A stretch of DNA of 63,802 nucleotides, counting the filler, from Choristocarpus tenellus KU-1152 (lineage: Eukaryota; Protista; Phaeophyceae): the NCBI GenBank assembly GCA_964200185.2. It is 11 parts of 11 records of this genome, joined end to end, with 100 filler letters (N's around TTAATTAATTAA, not from the genome) between each part and the next. Parts side by side here need not be neighbours in the genome. Positions count along the whole stretch, not along the records: positions 1 to 2,988 come from CAXNAD020023119.1; positions 3,089 to 6,502 come from CAXNAD020020198.1; positions 6,603 to 11,684 come from CAXNAD020011936.1; positions 11,785 to 26,380 come from CAXNAD020001154.1; 7 more parts are not named here. One strand, given 5' to 3'. The notes under the pieces are model-generated. The model searched no databases, was not told where the DNA came from, and worked only from the letters and a program-made list of their open reading frames with translations. Each line of letters begins with the position of its first letter. The stretch's first letter is position 1. Position numbers and translations under genes: made by a program. This document shows positions 1 through 11,942 of this stretch, piece by piece.

Positions 1-559
1 GCTGCACTAGTCTTACCCACCTTCTCAGTCAGCGGAATCGAGACCACAAGACCCTTGTAATACTAACATTGTTCATCTACATCAAGCTGTTCTTTGTCCT
101 TCATTAAAGCACCATAAAAGCCGCGAGTCCAGTGAGGGATAGTTCAACACGCTACGTAGCGGACAGAATATTCCTGGGACGTTGTGCGAAGCGACAAGAC
201 TGGTAGTGAGCATTGTTATTGTGTACAAGACATCTGCCGGCAACCCCGTCAGGGTCGCCAACCTCCCCACATTAGCTGGGAAGTAGGTAGTGGATTTCTT
301 CGGTTTTGCGGTTCATTCTTAGGTCATCCGAAATGTTTGCAGCTGCGACTTTGCGCTACTTGACCCTGACATAGTCTGTGAAGGGTCGATTTGAATGTGG
401 AGTCAAGGAAGGCCGCACCCAAGTTCAAAGGATAGTTCGCGAGTGCTTCAGCAGCCACGGTAACATTTGGAGACGGTGTGACAACTGCATTAGCGCTTAA
501 CCTCTCCAATCATGGAGATGGATGGCGAAAACCGAATGATCACGCCCTTGCTTCAGGAA

Positions 560-2870
560 GGAGAGTGAGTAGTAAAGCTGTTGGTAGAGAAGGGGCGCAT
601 AGTCTGTTTCATGTGTGGCAAAGATGGCCACATGAGAGGTGACTGCCCCGACCTGGACAGGGGACGACACGCAGGTGCCTCTACGAGACTGGGGGAAGAT
701 GAAGATAAAGATGGAAGATGGCCAAGGTGCAGGGGGATAGGACATGACTATGATGAATGTCGCCTGACTGTTCGGGCAAGGGAAAAGATCAGGAAACCCC
801 CAAGAAGAGGGGATAAGTATGCCAACATGGTGTCGACAGCTTCACCTCCGTCCTCCAACCAAGAGGATCTTGCTGATAGGATGGAAAGATTAGAAGGGTT
901 CATCGGCTCTTATTTTGGTGAATCTGATCGTTATTCCCTATGACTATCTTCTTTTGTGTTTGTCTTTCTAAATGTTTTAATTTGATTTTGTCCCCCATTT
1001 CTTGTGTATTTTGTTGCATACCCACAGTAGTTAAGTGACAGCTGTGATTGATGTTGCATGCAGACTGACTTTAGTCAGGGAGAGGTTTTCCTCATTTTTG
1101 TGTGTATGGTATTTCAGTGATAAGTCAAATGTTTAGTACTACTTTTTCCAAAGATTCACTTTAGGCGTGACACTAGGGATATTTCCAGGATCGTGGGAGA
1201 CGCTTGATGTATTGCTAAGGACCCTGCCATTTCAGTATGGCTCTTGAGCAGCATTCTGTAAGCAGCGCAACAGCATACTGTCATTTAGAGAAGAGGAAGG
1301 CTTTCGACCAGCTCACACTCACCTCGGATACCTATTGTTCGAGTTGTGACACCCAGATCTCGTGATAACAGTGTACCCCTGTTAGCCCTACGGGAGTGGC
1401 AAGCATCAGCAACACCTCCAACCTGATCATCCAAGTATCACACACTGTCTCTTAATACCCCCAGACCAGCTGGACGTAGAGAATTCCCCCCAGACATATT
1501 TCCCAGATACCCAAGATGCACTAGTACACCAACTGGAGAACATATGCAAGCAGGGGAGGAACATGCAAGGTTTTTTATTTAGACCCAGAAGCAGGTATCT
1601 CAGATTGCGAATCCAGAAACAGGTACCTCAGCCATAGATCTTAACCAGGACAAGGATCCTCTGACCCGATCACTGGAGAATCCAGGTCTCATACCCTTCC
1701 CAGTAGAGGTAGTGTGTGGGAAAACGATGGGACTCTGCCGTAGGAGTTGCGTCTGTCATAAGTTGCACATGTGGAAGGGTTTATTATCAAAATTTCCTAG
1801 GGATTTTGCAAGGAGGCACTATCACAGTCCAGGCAGTTGGTGGTGATTGAGCCTTTATCAGAGTATAACTTGGAATTGGGAAATGCTGTTGGAGTTGCCA
1901 GAAGTGTACAATGGTGGGACCCAGGAACCCCCATCTATTGCAACCTGGCAAATACGTCTAGTAAACCAAGTAGTGTCCAAGCAGGGTTGCCATTTGCAAA
2001 GGCGATTGCTCTGAATACTCATGGTACGGACAAAATGGTTGCACTCTTTCCGACACTAACCAAACCCTCCAAAGATCTCCAAAGATCTCCAAAGAACACA
2101 GGTCCTGCTTGCCACAGTCCCCAGACAATGTCGTTCTCCAGAGCCAGACGAGACCAGTGACTGTCCGGTAGAAGAGAAAGACAACACCCTCTGAGATGAA
2201 GCCGTGGGGGTCCGGCATCAATCAGTGAGCCTTAGTGATTTCACTATGGGACATTTGACGCCAGGACAGAAGGAACAGTTGGTGGGATTGTTAGAGGAAT
2301 TTAGGAATTTAGGGGTGTTCCCAGAAGACCCTAAACGAGTTCCGCCATGCTCTAGAGGAGTGCTGCATATACCACTCGTAGATGAGAAATGTACACCCTA
2401 TGCGCAAAGCAAACGCGCTTCTCTCCTGAAGAAACCCAGACGATTCAGGCAGAAGTTAATCAGTTGCAGGAACGTGGCATAATCAGAACCTCTACCTCAG
2501 CGTGGGCAGCAGCCGTGGTAGCAGTACGAAAAGAAAGATGGGACCCTCAGGTTGTGCACAGACTATAGAATGCTCAATGATCTTGCACGTGGTGATAGTG
2601 GAGGTCTCGGGAACACTGCCAGCATTTTTGACAAGCTTAAGGGTTTAGCTATTTACTGCCATAGATTTAGCATCAGGATTCTTCCAACTAGAGATCGCAG
2701 AGATAGACAAACACAAGACAGCCTTCCGTGATGCTCATGGAAAACTATGGGAGTATAACAGGTGTGGCTTTGGGTTGAAAATCTTACCTCCAGTATTCTC
2801 TATATACATGAGAGAGGCGTCGGGAGATCTCAAAGGAAACGGTATAGAAAACTGGCTAGACGATCTAAAA
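560..2870 (+). mobile_element. Degenerate Ty3/Gypsy LTR retrotransposon (gag zinc knuckles plus frameshifted reverse transcriptase)
   Basis: ORF 581-943 has CFMCGKDGHMRGDC (CX2CX4HX4C) and a second degenerate knuckle CRGIGHDYDEC. Across frameshifts, 2480-2865 reads SAWAAAVVAVRK..DGTLRLCTDYRMLND..FTAIDLASGFFQLEIAEIDKHKTAFRDAHGKLWEYNRCGFGLKILP..ENWLDDL, a Gypsy RT core. It is cut off by a MITE fragment. Confidence 0.9.
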
Positions 2871-2988
2871 TGCATGCCTTATGGAAAGGTGTGTCCGGAA
2901 CAAGCATATTTACACTTCCTAACAAGCATGATGAGTCAAAGAATCTTAGAGGATAGAGCCGCGTCCATTTGGGGGCCAAAATCCAATG
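2868..2988. mobile_element. MITE family A, rearranged fragments at contig end
   Basis: An internal family A segment (aaaggtgtgtccggaacaagcatatttacacttcctaacaagcatga) is followed by the start of an opposite-orientation copy (gagtcaaagaatcttagaggatagagccgcgtccatttgggggccaaaatcc). Confidence 0.85.
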
Positions 2989-3088
2989 NNNNNNNNNNNN
3001 NNNNNNNNNNNNNNNNNNNNNNNNNNNNNNNNTTAATTAATTAANNNNNNNNNNNNNNNNNNNNNNNNNNNNNNNNNNNNNNNNNNNN
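2989..3088. other. Artificial contig linker (N44-TTAATTAATTAA-N44), first of ten
   Basis: The same 100-nt spacer with stops in all six frames recurs at 2989-3088, 6503-6602, 11685-11784, 26381-26480, 40006-40105, 44530-44629, 47939-48038, 52620-52719, 57597-57696 and 60720-60819. Separate 10-N gaps lie at 7603-7612 and 24806-24815. Confidence 0.98.
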
Positions 3089-3100
3089 TTGCAAAATTTA

Positions 3101-3147
<47 letters not shown>

Positions 3148-5066
3148 CCCCTCCCTTTTTTTTTTGTGTTCTGTCTTTTTGAGGACGGTGGGAGGGATTT
3201 TTTTTTTTTTGAGGAGGTGTTTGTTGGAGACTGCCGGGGTAACCAACTACCCTTGGCGCTGAAAGTCTGGATCGCCACAGTGAGTATGCCATGGTTACTA
3301 ATAATTGTAGCCTGGAAACCCCAAGGTTGATATATGCAGAAGACTCAAAAGGTGACTAATGATGTGTGATGTAGCAGCAACCAAGATTGAAGAATACCAA
3401 CATCAATATTTATTTGAGATGTAATGAGGGCGAAGGGCATGTATAGTTCGTGAAAAGCGGTATGTACAGCAATAGGGTATATATATTTTTACTTGTTTAT
3501 TTTTATTTTTATTTTTACGGTATGTATTATTTTTACTTTTACGCCTAGGTGTCACTTCCAGTCGATTAGATGGATTTGTCACCTGCATCCTGTCAGTGTA
3601 TTATTTTTACTTGTTTTTTTTCTTTGCATCGTAAAAAAAAGAAGGGTAATACCTCTGCCGTGTAAGCAGTTGGTGGAAGAAAAAGGGGTCTGTTAGGTTG
3701 ATGTAGGAAGGGGTTGGTATCAAGCGTAGTGTGAGGTTGTCAGAGTACACTCCAGAGTCTTTTGTACGTTAATGCTAGAGTTGGGGTTTCGGTGAGGGTG
3801 AGAGTGTTAAGTTTTACTATGTTACAACAGCCATATATATATATTGTTTTTCTTTCACCAACTTTCCTCAAGGATATGCCAGGCTCACACACCCTTGGAT
3901 GATCTGCTCGATCCCCTCCCGCTGACCTTATCATTCTTCCCCTCCTCCCCCTGCCTAGATTTGTCATACACAGTTGATGAAAAATCACTAGCAATTGACT
4001 GCATAATGCCACTGTTTAGTTGAAAGTACATGGTTTGTAGCTCCATCCTGCCCCCCTTCCCTTTGCCCCTTCTAATCTCCCTCATCACCCTTTGAATTCT
4101 ATCAATTTTTTATTTTTGAATTCTTCCTTCTTACTTCCAAGTATAGATATTCTTCTTATATATCAGATTAGTACAATGACCTAATATGCGTTCTACATCT
4201 TCATATTTTGCTATATCTGTTTTTACTACTTCAACTTTTACTTGTTGTGTAATCAAATTATCAATCATTTCTTGAGCTTGAGCAGTAGGTTTATATATTC
4301 TTCTTACTTCCAAGTATAGATAGCGGTTATTTGCCCCCAAGCTGTTCGTACACACTCTGAGTGTATATATCTGATCTAATACTTGATTATTTCATATCCC
4401 CTAACCCCAATTACTGCATACATGTACTCCAGCGCAATGGAGAATGCACACAGGCTCGTTGCAACAGAAAGAACCCTGGGTTTCTTCACTGCGGCCTATG
4501 AACTATTAGTGCAGGTGTCTGCCCTTTTCCCTCCTCTCCCATCACCTTCCCATGTACCTTTCTGGTGGCATTGCAAGGCACATAGTTGATGCTGCTTGCT
4601 CCGTACTCTTATGTTTTCTGGCCATTTTATCAGATCCACTGTGGTTGTATTAGAAGTGTTGAAAGCAATTCAGAACAACAGGCACATTGAAAGCAGGTAA
4701 GCATGAAAACGCAAACGATTGTACGAGTGGCGTAGGAGATTGAATGGTGTGTTTCTTTTGATGTGGTTGGTATTATCATGTCATACCAGCCTCTTTGGTC
4801 TTTCTACTACCATTGTTACCAAGAATACAGAAGGTTACACCAGGACAAGCCAGGGCCGAGACTCCTCTCTCATAATTGCATGCATGAACTTTTTCTGGGC
4901 TGAGGTAGAGGAGTTTGTTGGGGGAGGAGAGGATCCAATTTGTTTATTTCATGAGTTTAGAGTTGGGGTTTGGTTTGGTTCATTGTTTACTTCTGTGCTT
5001 TTCAAGGCCTGCCCGCTTAATTAATCCCCCCTCTTGATCTCTTGGGTTTTACTCTTGACATCATTC

Positions 5067-5126
5067 TGTTATCAACTTTGTTATCAACTTTGTTATCAAC
5101 TTTGTTATCAACTTTGTTATCAACTT
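5067..5126. repeat. Perfect 12-bp tandem repeat (tgttatcaactt) x5
   Basis: Read directly from the sequence. Confidence 0.95.
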
Positions 5127-5699
5127 GGAGATAAGTAAAATCCCCCCACAATGTTTTCTTTGTGGCCTTACTGTTTTGAAGTTTACTCCTCTTGTGTTTT
5201 GTGTTTGGGATTTTGAAAGTTGTACTCTTCTTGCCTCTTGGATGTTTTGATTATCATTGGAAGTGTGTTGTGTGCCCTCTCCATGATTTGTCGATTTGTA
5301 TGAAGAAATGCATTTTGTTGATATCTTCACTGGATTGATCGAGGCCTGCAAGGAATCAGGGGCCCAAGGTGTACCACACCATATGCATAAAGTTTTTTAT
5401 CATTACGAATACCCGAGAAATTGCTGATGGCTCCCATTGCTAACCCTAACCCTAACCCCAATTGTCACATACGGTCTTTAAGGTCCTTCCAATGGTGCTT
5501 GTAGCACCCCTCTTCTTTGCTGGGAAGATGGGCCTGGGTCAAGTCAGCCAGGTAGGTCCAAGAACTACAGATGAAACGTTGGAGAGTTTATACCCCTTTC
5601 CAAGTGCTTCACAGCCACCGTGCCATCTCCAGTGAATACATTGAGGGCCAATAAAGTCCATAACTTTTAGAGGAGATTCGCTTCACGATTCTTGCTGTG

Positions 5700-6250
5700 A
5701 GTGTTGTGATGACAGTGCCACCTGAGGAGTCGTTTTTGCTGTATAGTCAGTCGGCAAACCTTACCAGAGTGAATTTTGGGCCTCAAGAAATCACATCCCA
5801 GCGCTATTGGGCAAGGCAGTAAAACAGGCCGTTGAAAAGCAGCACACACTGGACTGAAATGTACCTGGTGAAGATCTGGGATATACATCCACAGAAATCA
5901 GTCCTGCACTATTGCCAGGCTTGCTGTCCACCTGGATGAAAGCGGGTTTCTGAAGCCCATCTCAACACCCCAGCAGCGTCTGGAGGACTGGAGGACTACC
6001 TGGTGTTGACAGCACTTGTTGCATCAAATCTAATCCACTCTCACTTGTCGCATCGAAGCATTGGGAGGGCAGAGTGGATTTTGTGGTCGATTTGGTTGAT
6101 AGTTCATCCCAGACCTTCCATGACATGAACAACTGGATCCATGTGAAAGACACCTGGTTCTACCTCACTTGGGATGAGGGAAAGGTGCAGATATTCCCTA
6201 GGGCTGTGCACCAAACTGGCATTTAGCTGGTGCAGTGCAGAGGGGAACTC
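5700..6250 (+). pseudogene. Decayed Tc1/mariner transposase (DD39D/plant-mariner-like), N-terminal catalytic region
   Basis: About 6060-6200 reads HWEGRVDFVVDLVDSSSQTFHDMNNWIHVKDTWFYLT, matching the F.DM...VHIDEKWFYL motif of DD39D-type mariners. Stops and frameshifts surround it. Confidence 0.7.
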
Positions 6251-6602
6251 CCCTGTCTTTGATAAAATGTTCACTGTTGCCTTCGGGAACCACCACTGTA
6301 ATTTTTTTTTTTCACTTTTGGGATGCTCTTTATAAAACCTTACCCCTATTTGAAACCCTAACCCTATAATATATGTGTGTGAAAAGAGTCCTTAACCAGC
6401 CAAGGAAACTATTGGTAGACTGGTGGACACGAGCCTCGGTGGGCCAAACACTTCTCCCTCTGTCTCTCTTCTTGCTGACCCAATTATGACCCAAGGTATC
6501 TGNNNNNNNNNNNNNNNNNNNNNNNNNNNNNNNNNNNNNNNNNNNNTTAATTAATTAANNNNNNNNNNNNNNNNNNNNNNNNNNNNNNNNNNNNNNNNNN
6601 NN

Positions 6603-6650
6603 TTTTTTCGGGCATGCCCATGGGTGCACAAAATCGGGGTAGGTACTGTA
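6603..6650. mobile_element. Terminus of a TA-flanked CAGTA-ended DNA transposon (Tc1/mariner/pogo-type TIR)
   Basis: ttttttcgggcatgcccatgggtgcacaaaatcggggtaggtactg|ta. The reverse complement occurs at 44494-44529 after ta, and a variant occurs at 44903-44948 followed by ta. Confidence 0.75.
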
Positions 6651-6971
6651 GTGGTATTAGTACCTTCGCCCTCTACGATTGTCCTGTCATAACGTTTGAC
6701 GTAGACATCGGATTAAAAAATAAAAGCGTATTGGTGATGCCCGTAACAAGGGCCTCCAGAGTATGGGCTTCACTTTTCCCCCCCATTTTTATCTTTTTTT
6801 GAAGAAAGAGCGCTCATATTGGGGTTTGAACCCTGGGTTGTAGGTCACCAAGAGTGGTAACAGATGCACTATTACTTGATTGAAGTATAGGATTTAGGTG
6901 GGAAAAAAGCCTTGCCACCCTTTCTTCCTATGTGTTCGCGCAGTCACTCTTTGACCTCGACAGGGATGTCC

Positions 6972-7602
6972 TCATCGAGGCCCAGAACGCCCTTGTTCCG
7001 ACACCCTGATGTGGCTCTTAGTTAGGAAGTCTCTATCCCATTTACTCACAGTTTCCGACCTGACCATCGCATGTCCTGCTGCCATCTCGAGCGCCGTTTG
7101 ACGGTCTTTCCCACCATTCATACGCAGGTACAGAGTTCGCAGTGATAGAGTCCTTACTATCACATTTCCTTGTTGAGCACCGGAAATGGACGTTGTCCGT
7201 GTTTCCTGGACGGGTGATATTTTATCAAGGCGCAAGGGTGAGGGAGGACAGGGTTGCGTTGATCGAAAGTTGTGTTGATTTCTCGAATGAATGCAGGCTA
7301 GGAGAAAGGCTTAATTAACTTTGTTTGTCCAACCCTACGTCCAGGAACAAGAGTAAATGTACGGCATCTTGCAAGAAGTGGGAGACACCAAACCATCGGT
7401 GTGCAAATAGTCTCAATTTCACCTCCTCTTCTTCCCTAGCGTCCTTGTCGATGGCTACCTCCACCTGCTTCGCGACCTCTTCTAAGTAAAGGATTTGGTG
7501 GTATCGAAACGTCTCCATAGCTGCCTTTGTTACGATCGCTTTCTCCTCCGCCTTGCGAGCCCCTTCGACCTTCTTTCGGGCTTCAGAGCCCTTGTAACCC
7601 AA
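6972..7602 (-). pseudogene. Possible decayed transposase N-terminus (HTH-like)
   Basis: RQTALEMAAGHAMVRSETVSKWDRDFLTKSHIRVSEQGR resembles the HTH (TV.xW..F...S.QG) preceding some Tc1-like DDE domains. No catalytic domain is visible. Confidence 0.3.
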
Positions 7603-8879
7603 NNNNNNNNNNTCTCGTTTCCTTAAGCCACTCCGGCTCGCACAGCTTCCAAACAGGCAGGGTCTGCTGCAACTGTCGACTACTAAGATATTCTACACCC
7701 GGGTTTTCGCTTAGGTGTTTCCTGAGCGCAATGGCACACAGTCGCACTGCTCTGTTCCCCAACCTTCCCTTCGGCCAGGCACCGTGTTTCCTTCGCCCAT
7801 CGTGACGAGGCGTTCCTACAGACTTCGTCACTGTATCACCTGGTGAAGGACTCGCCGCTCTCTTCCTGTTTTTCTGAGGTGGCAGAGACAGCTGAGCAGT
7901 GGTCCGATGTGGTTGAAGACCCAACCACGTTTGTGTGTTAATGCTATCAATACATCTTCTCTCGGCATTGCCCGTGATCCATTTCGCGGTTTGATCATGC
8001 TGCTGTGCCACACTACTCGCACTTTCTCGTCACCTAACATCGCACTGAGTGCCACACGGTAGTTGCTTTTCCGTCGCCTCTCGACAGAGAAGGTGCCCAG
8101 GGTAGATCCAGAGGGCAGAGTGGCCTCGGCGTCTCTCCTTGTCTCACCGTTGTGGTTCATGTTGTTGCGTAAGTCACGTGTGTATGTGCCCACAGAAAGT
8201 CTGCAAATGGCATTAAAAAGATGTCCGCAAATCTTGCTTTTTCTCAGTATCACCGCACTGGCAAAACTTGGGCAGCAACATACCTCGCATCAGGTATTTT
8301 GCAAGGAGTTCAGCCAATCACTTCATTTTTGTCCGTTTTGAAATTGTGAACTTCAAAATTGCGCCGTAGATGTTCCCCCGCGTTTTGGCCATTACTTGAT
8401 CGGGACATCGCTCCCGTCCCCCAAAGCCTGGACATTCGTGGATACAAACCTTCAAACGCTCTTGTCTGTGCTTGCAAGGTCGAATAGTACAATTAAAAAA
8501 TATTTTCAGTGAAAGAAGTCTGGTGTCAAAAGGGTTCAAACCCGTTAATTCAAAGTCCATCCAGGTCACCGTCGCATTATAAAACACTGAGTCACGTGGA
8601 CGGTGTGAGTGGAAACGTGGGGTGGCCCTATCATGCGCTTGAATATTTTAAAGAGTCAAACCAATCGAAAGGCAGGCAGGTTTGGACCCTTTTTGTGCAC
8701 TCCACCACATATTTTTTATCCTGTGGAATAGACTATTTCATCGTTTTGATGCACAATAGCGTACCCCAAATTCCTATTTCCCCTTGTTCACACCCAAAGT
8801 GACACCACAACTCAGCCGAGACTCTTTCTGTAATTGTATCAAGCGATATCTCGTTTTGCCTTTTCTCGGGATCCTTACA

Positions 8880-9388
8880 ATGCAACCCTAGTTTACCTCT
8901 CAGTTGGTTTTACTCTAAGGTGTTCTGAAGCTGTGATTAAGAGTCGTTCAAGGTGCACCTAATCTTGTCCTTTTGTTCAACTCATCGCAGCAATATTTGT
9001 CCAGGAAATACTGCAAGGCGTTTCGCCATATTTCCCATTAAGTGATCGATGAGGTTCCTCTTGACATCAACAAGGCGCACTCGGTGCAAGGCACTGGGTG
9101 TGCAGGATCGTACAGCAGCCATCACATATTTTTCTTGGTCTGAATATATGACCAGGTCCTTGGATGACAAGAATGCGTTCATACCCGCATAGAGTTTAGA
9201 AAGAACTTATAGTTCTCAGTATTCCTTTTGCTACATATCTGAATTGCGAGAAGGACCACCTAATTGTTGGCATCCCAATCTGTAGCAGTGAGGCATTGCC
9301 CATCCCAAGTGTCACTAAATGCCGAAGTATCCAAGGCCAGTATTTGTGACAGTGGAGTTTTGTGAGGTACAGACACTAGCAGGTAGAT
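8880..9388 (-). pseudogene. Decayed Mutator/MULE transposase
   Basis: ILALDTSAFSDTWDGQCLTATDWDANN*VVLLAIQICSKRNTENYKFFL..LVIYSDQEKYVMAAVRSCTPSALHRVRLVDVKRNL follows the MULE pattern D..G.LL.A...DANN..EN..W.WFL..SD..KGL..AV..P...HR.C..H..RN. It contains internal stops. Confidence 0.8.
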
Positions 9389-9636
9389 GAGCCAATGTAT
9401 CTTAGAGGGTAGAGCCGCGTCCATTTGGGGGCCAAAATCCAATGTTTCGATTTTGATGTAATTTTGACCATCGTGTTTGTTAGGAAGTGTCAATATCCTT
9501 GTTCTGGACGCACCTTTCAAAACGTACACATTTTACCTACTCCAAAAGTGTTTAATGTCATAAAAAAAACCATGGGAAGCCAAGTCCCAAATGGACAAAC
9601 AGGGCAAAACTCGTACCCTCTAAGATAATTTCATTC
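9389..9636 (-). mobile_element. MITE family A, full copy
   Basis: Ends gagccaatgtatcttagagggta ... taccctctaagataatttcattc. The interior matches the other copies. Confidence 0.9.
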
Positions 9637-10320
9637 ATTAGTTGGTCTTTCACAAACATCTCTACGGCGTTCTGGACGAACTCGTTGTCTTGGCTTCAGT
9701 CTTCACTGCACACCGTCATGCTCTGAGCACAACCCCTTCCCTTCCCAAGATTTCCCTCTTCTCTGAGATCCCTCAAACACCAGACAATGGTCAGAAGCGC
9801 CGTAAGGAAATATATTGAAGAGCTCTTGTTGTGTCAAGTTTTGGTGGTTGTAGTGCAGGTGGGTGCTGAAGTCCATGGACATGGTGGCATGTCCTTTGGG
9901 GAGGCGGGATTTGCTGTGTACTTTTGCGCCTGCCAAATGGTGGTGTTGTGATGAAGGAAGAAGCTCTTGCCGAAGTTTGCAAATATGACTTTTAGGAGTG
10001 TAGGGAATCCCTCCGTCCTTGGGAACAGCACCTGAATCGAATGGGCCAGGTGGTCGCGTATCGAGCGTTTTTACTGGTGATAGGTCGTGGTGATTCAGGC
10101 TTTGTTGTGGTGTAATCGATTATGTTCGGTGCTGTGGGAGGGAGCATCTGCTCGTTCTTTGACGAATACGCCATGACACATTCAATGTATACTGTAATTA
10201 TTAGTCGAAGGGAAACTGTCGCTCACCTTTCGCCTCCGGCTGTGTTTGTCCGTAGACCCTGTGGAGTCTTCGTCGTTGTTCGCCTTGGTCTTGTTCCTCC
10301 TGAAGTCGGGAGCGGACTCT

Positions 10321-10480
10321 AGGTCAAAGTATCTAGGGGGGGGTGTCGGCGTCCGTTTTTCACTTTTTTGGTATCATTTGGTCGCACCTGTGGGATTTGA
10401 AATGTCAGCAAAAAAGGAGTTGTTTGACCGAACCTGACGCCCCCTCACAAACCAACCGCCCCCCCCAGATACTTTGACCC
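10321..10480. mobile_element. MITE family B, full copy (about 160 bp)
   Basis: TIRs (a)ggtcaaagtatctagggggggg ... ccccccccagatactttgaccc, flanked by tct/tct. A related left end lies at 47859. Confidence 0.85.
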
Positions 10481-10514
10481 TCTCCCACCATGCACTTAGC
10501 GATAATCAAATCGT

Positions 10515-10772
10515 GAGTGAAAGTATCTTAGAGGGTACGAGTTTTGCCCTCTTTGTCCATTTGGGGTTTGGTTTTTCTTGAGGTTTTTATGACATCTTTC
10601 TACTCCAAAATATCTCGGAGTAGGTAAATTGTATACGTTATGAAAAGGTGTCTTCGGAACAAGGATATTGACACTTCCTAACAAACACGATAGCCAAATT
10701 TACATCGAAATCGCAACATAGGATTTTGGTCCCCAAATGGACGCTGCTCTACCCTCTAAGATAATTTGGCTC
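10515..10772 (+). mobile_element. MITE family A, full copy with 4-bp TSD TCGT
   Basis: tcgt|gagtgaaagtatcttagagggtac ... taccctctaagataatttggctc|tcgt. Confidence 0.92.
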
Positions 10773-11433
10773 TCGTCCGTCATGAGATTGTCCCCTCTCA
10801 GCTCTGCATATTTTGCCTTGATCATCTGGATCATGTCATTTTTGGTGGTCCTGCTTGGGGTGGCGATGCCAAGTCTAGATGACAGCGCCTGTGTGGCAGT
10901 GTAGACGGGCATAGAGATTTATTGCAGCATGGGTGTGTGGTCTGGATGTGAACATGAGGATATGGTCGATTGGTAAGGTAGGTTGCCATGTCGGTCCTAG
11001 ACTCGGCGTGAGGGTGGAGCCGGACAGGTTCGTCTTCCAAATCTAACTAGTTGGTGAGTGTTTCGATAAGGCACACCTTTATATCCTGGCAAGTCTTTCA
11101 TTGCATGTCCGCCTCCACCACCGGGGTGTATGCGTGGACGAACTTGTTCCATGTGACATGGGTGCTGTGAGAGTCCAACCTACAAGGGCACTTCCACATC
11201 GGATGAGACTTCCAGTCACACCTGTCACATGTACCGTAGACACATGAATTTTTGAAACTGCACAAGGAACCGCCAGAGGACGGTTCGCTGAGGGGCTCCA
11301 GCACGGTCCTCTTGCATCTGTTTCGTTTTGATTAGTCCTAGAGCGGTTTTTGTTGTTGTCAGTGTAGAGGTTTGAATAGCGGACCGAACATCACTAGTGG
11401 AGTCCGGCTGTCGCTGCTACATATTTAGAGGAC

Positions 11434-11684
11434 GAGCCAAATTATCTTAGAGGGTAGATTCGTGTCCATTTAAGACCCCAAGTCCAATGTTGCAAGGCTC
11501 AAAGTGTCTGAGGGGGGGTGGCGGCTGTCCATTTGGGGTCAATCTTTTCATGTCGCGATTTTTGGGTTATTTGGTTGCATACGTCGGATGGATAATGAAC
11601 ACGTTTCCTGATTTTGACCCAAATGGACACCCTGGTGTAGACCCTGCCCCCCCCCCCCCCCCCCCCCCCTCCAGCCGCTCTGAC
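11434..11684. mobile_element. Truncated MITE A end followed by a MITE B-type element
   Basis: gagccaaattatcttagagggtag.. (11434-11494) is followed by ggctcaaagtgtctgagggggggtggcggctgtccatttggggtc.., which matches 52439-52619 and 39838-39963. Confidence 0.8.
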
Positions 11685-11942
11685 NNNNNNNNNNNNNNNN
11701 NNNNNNNNNNNNNNNNNNNNNNNNNNNNTTAATTAATTAANNNNNNNNNNNNNNNNNNNNNNNNNNNNNNNNNNNNNNNNNNNNATCATTTTGTGTCTCG
11801 AGTCTCGTCGTTGTAGTAATTGTGGAAATTATGGCGGGGGGGGGGGGGCGTGTTTAAATTCCTCCCATATACTGGAGTTGTTATAATAGTAACAAGAGTA
11901 TGCTCTTTTGCTTGGCCTTGTGTGCTTTTTTTTCTCCTCCAG

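Larger units (their letters stand above)
9637..11340 (-). pseudogene. Decayed Sola2-like DDD transposase, interrupted by two MITEs
   Basis: Cys cluster CVYGTCDRC..VTWNKF at about 11150-11250; FFLHHNTTIWQAQKY..LPKGHATMSMDFSTHLHYNHQNLTQQELF at about 9820-9965 (cf. Sola2 H....Q...MDFxENY...Q.EIQ); SMTVCSED*SQDNEFVQ at about 9670-9725 (cf. ISDDL.HD..FV). Confidence 0.6.

Noticed and set aside
3103-3210. Poly(T) as a LINE or retrocopy poly(A) tail
   Set aside because: It lies in low-complexity sequence at a contig edge and no LINE RT or endonuclease motifs follow. The poly-Lys ORFs are artefacts.
3740-4700. Minus-strand protein-like fragments, including a Cys cluster reminiscent of a piggyBac C-terminal domain
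   Set aside because: They are too broken by stops and frameshifts to assign, and no DDD core was found.
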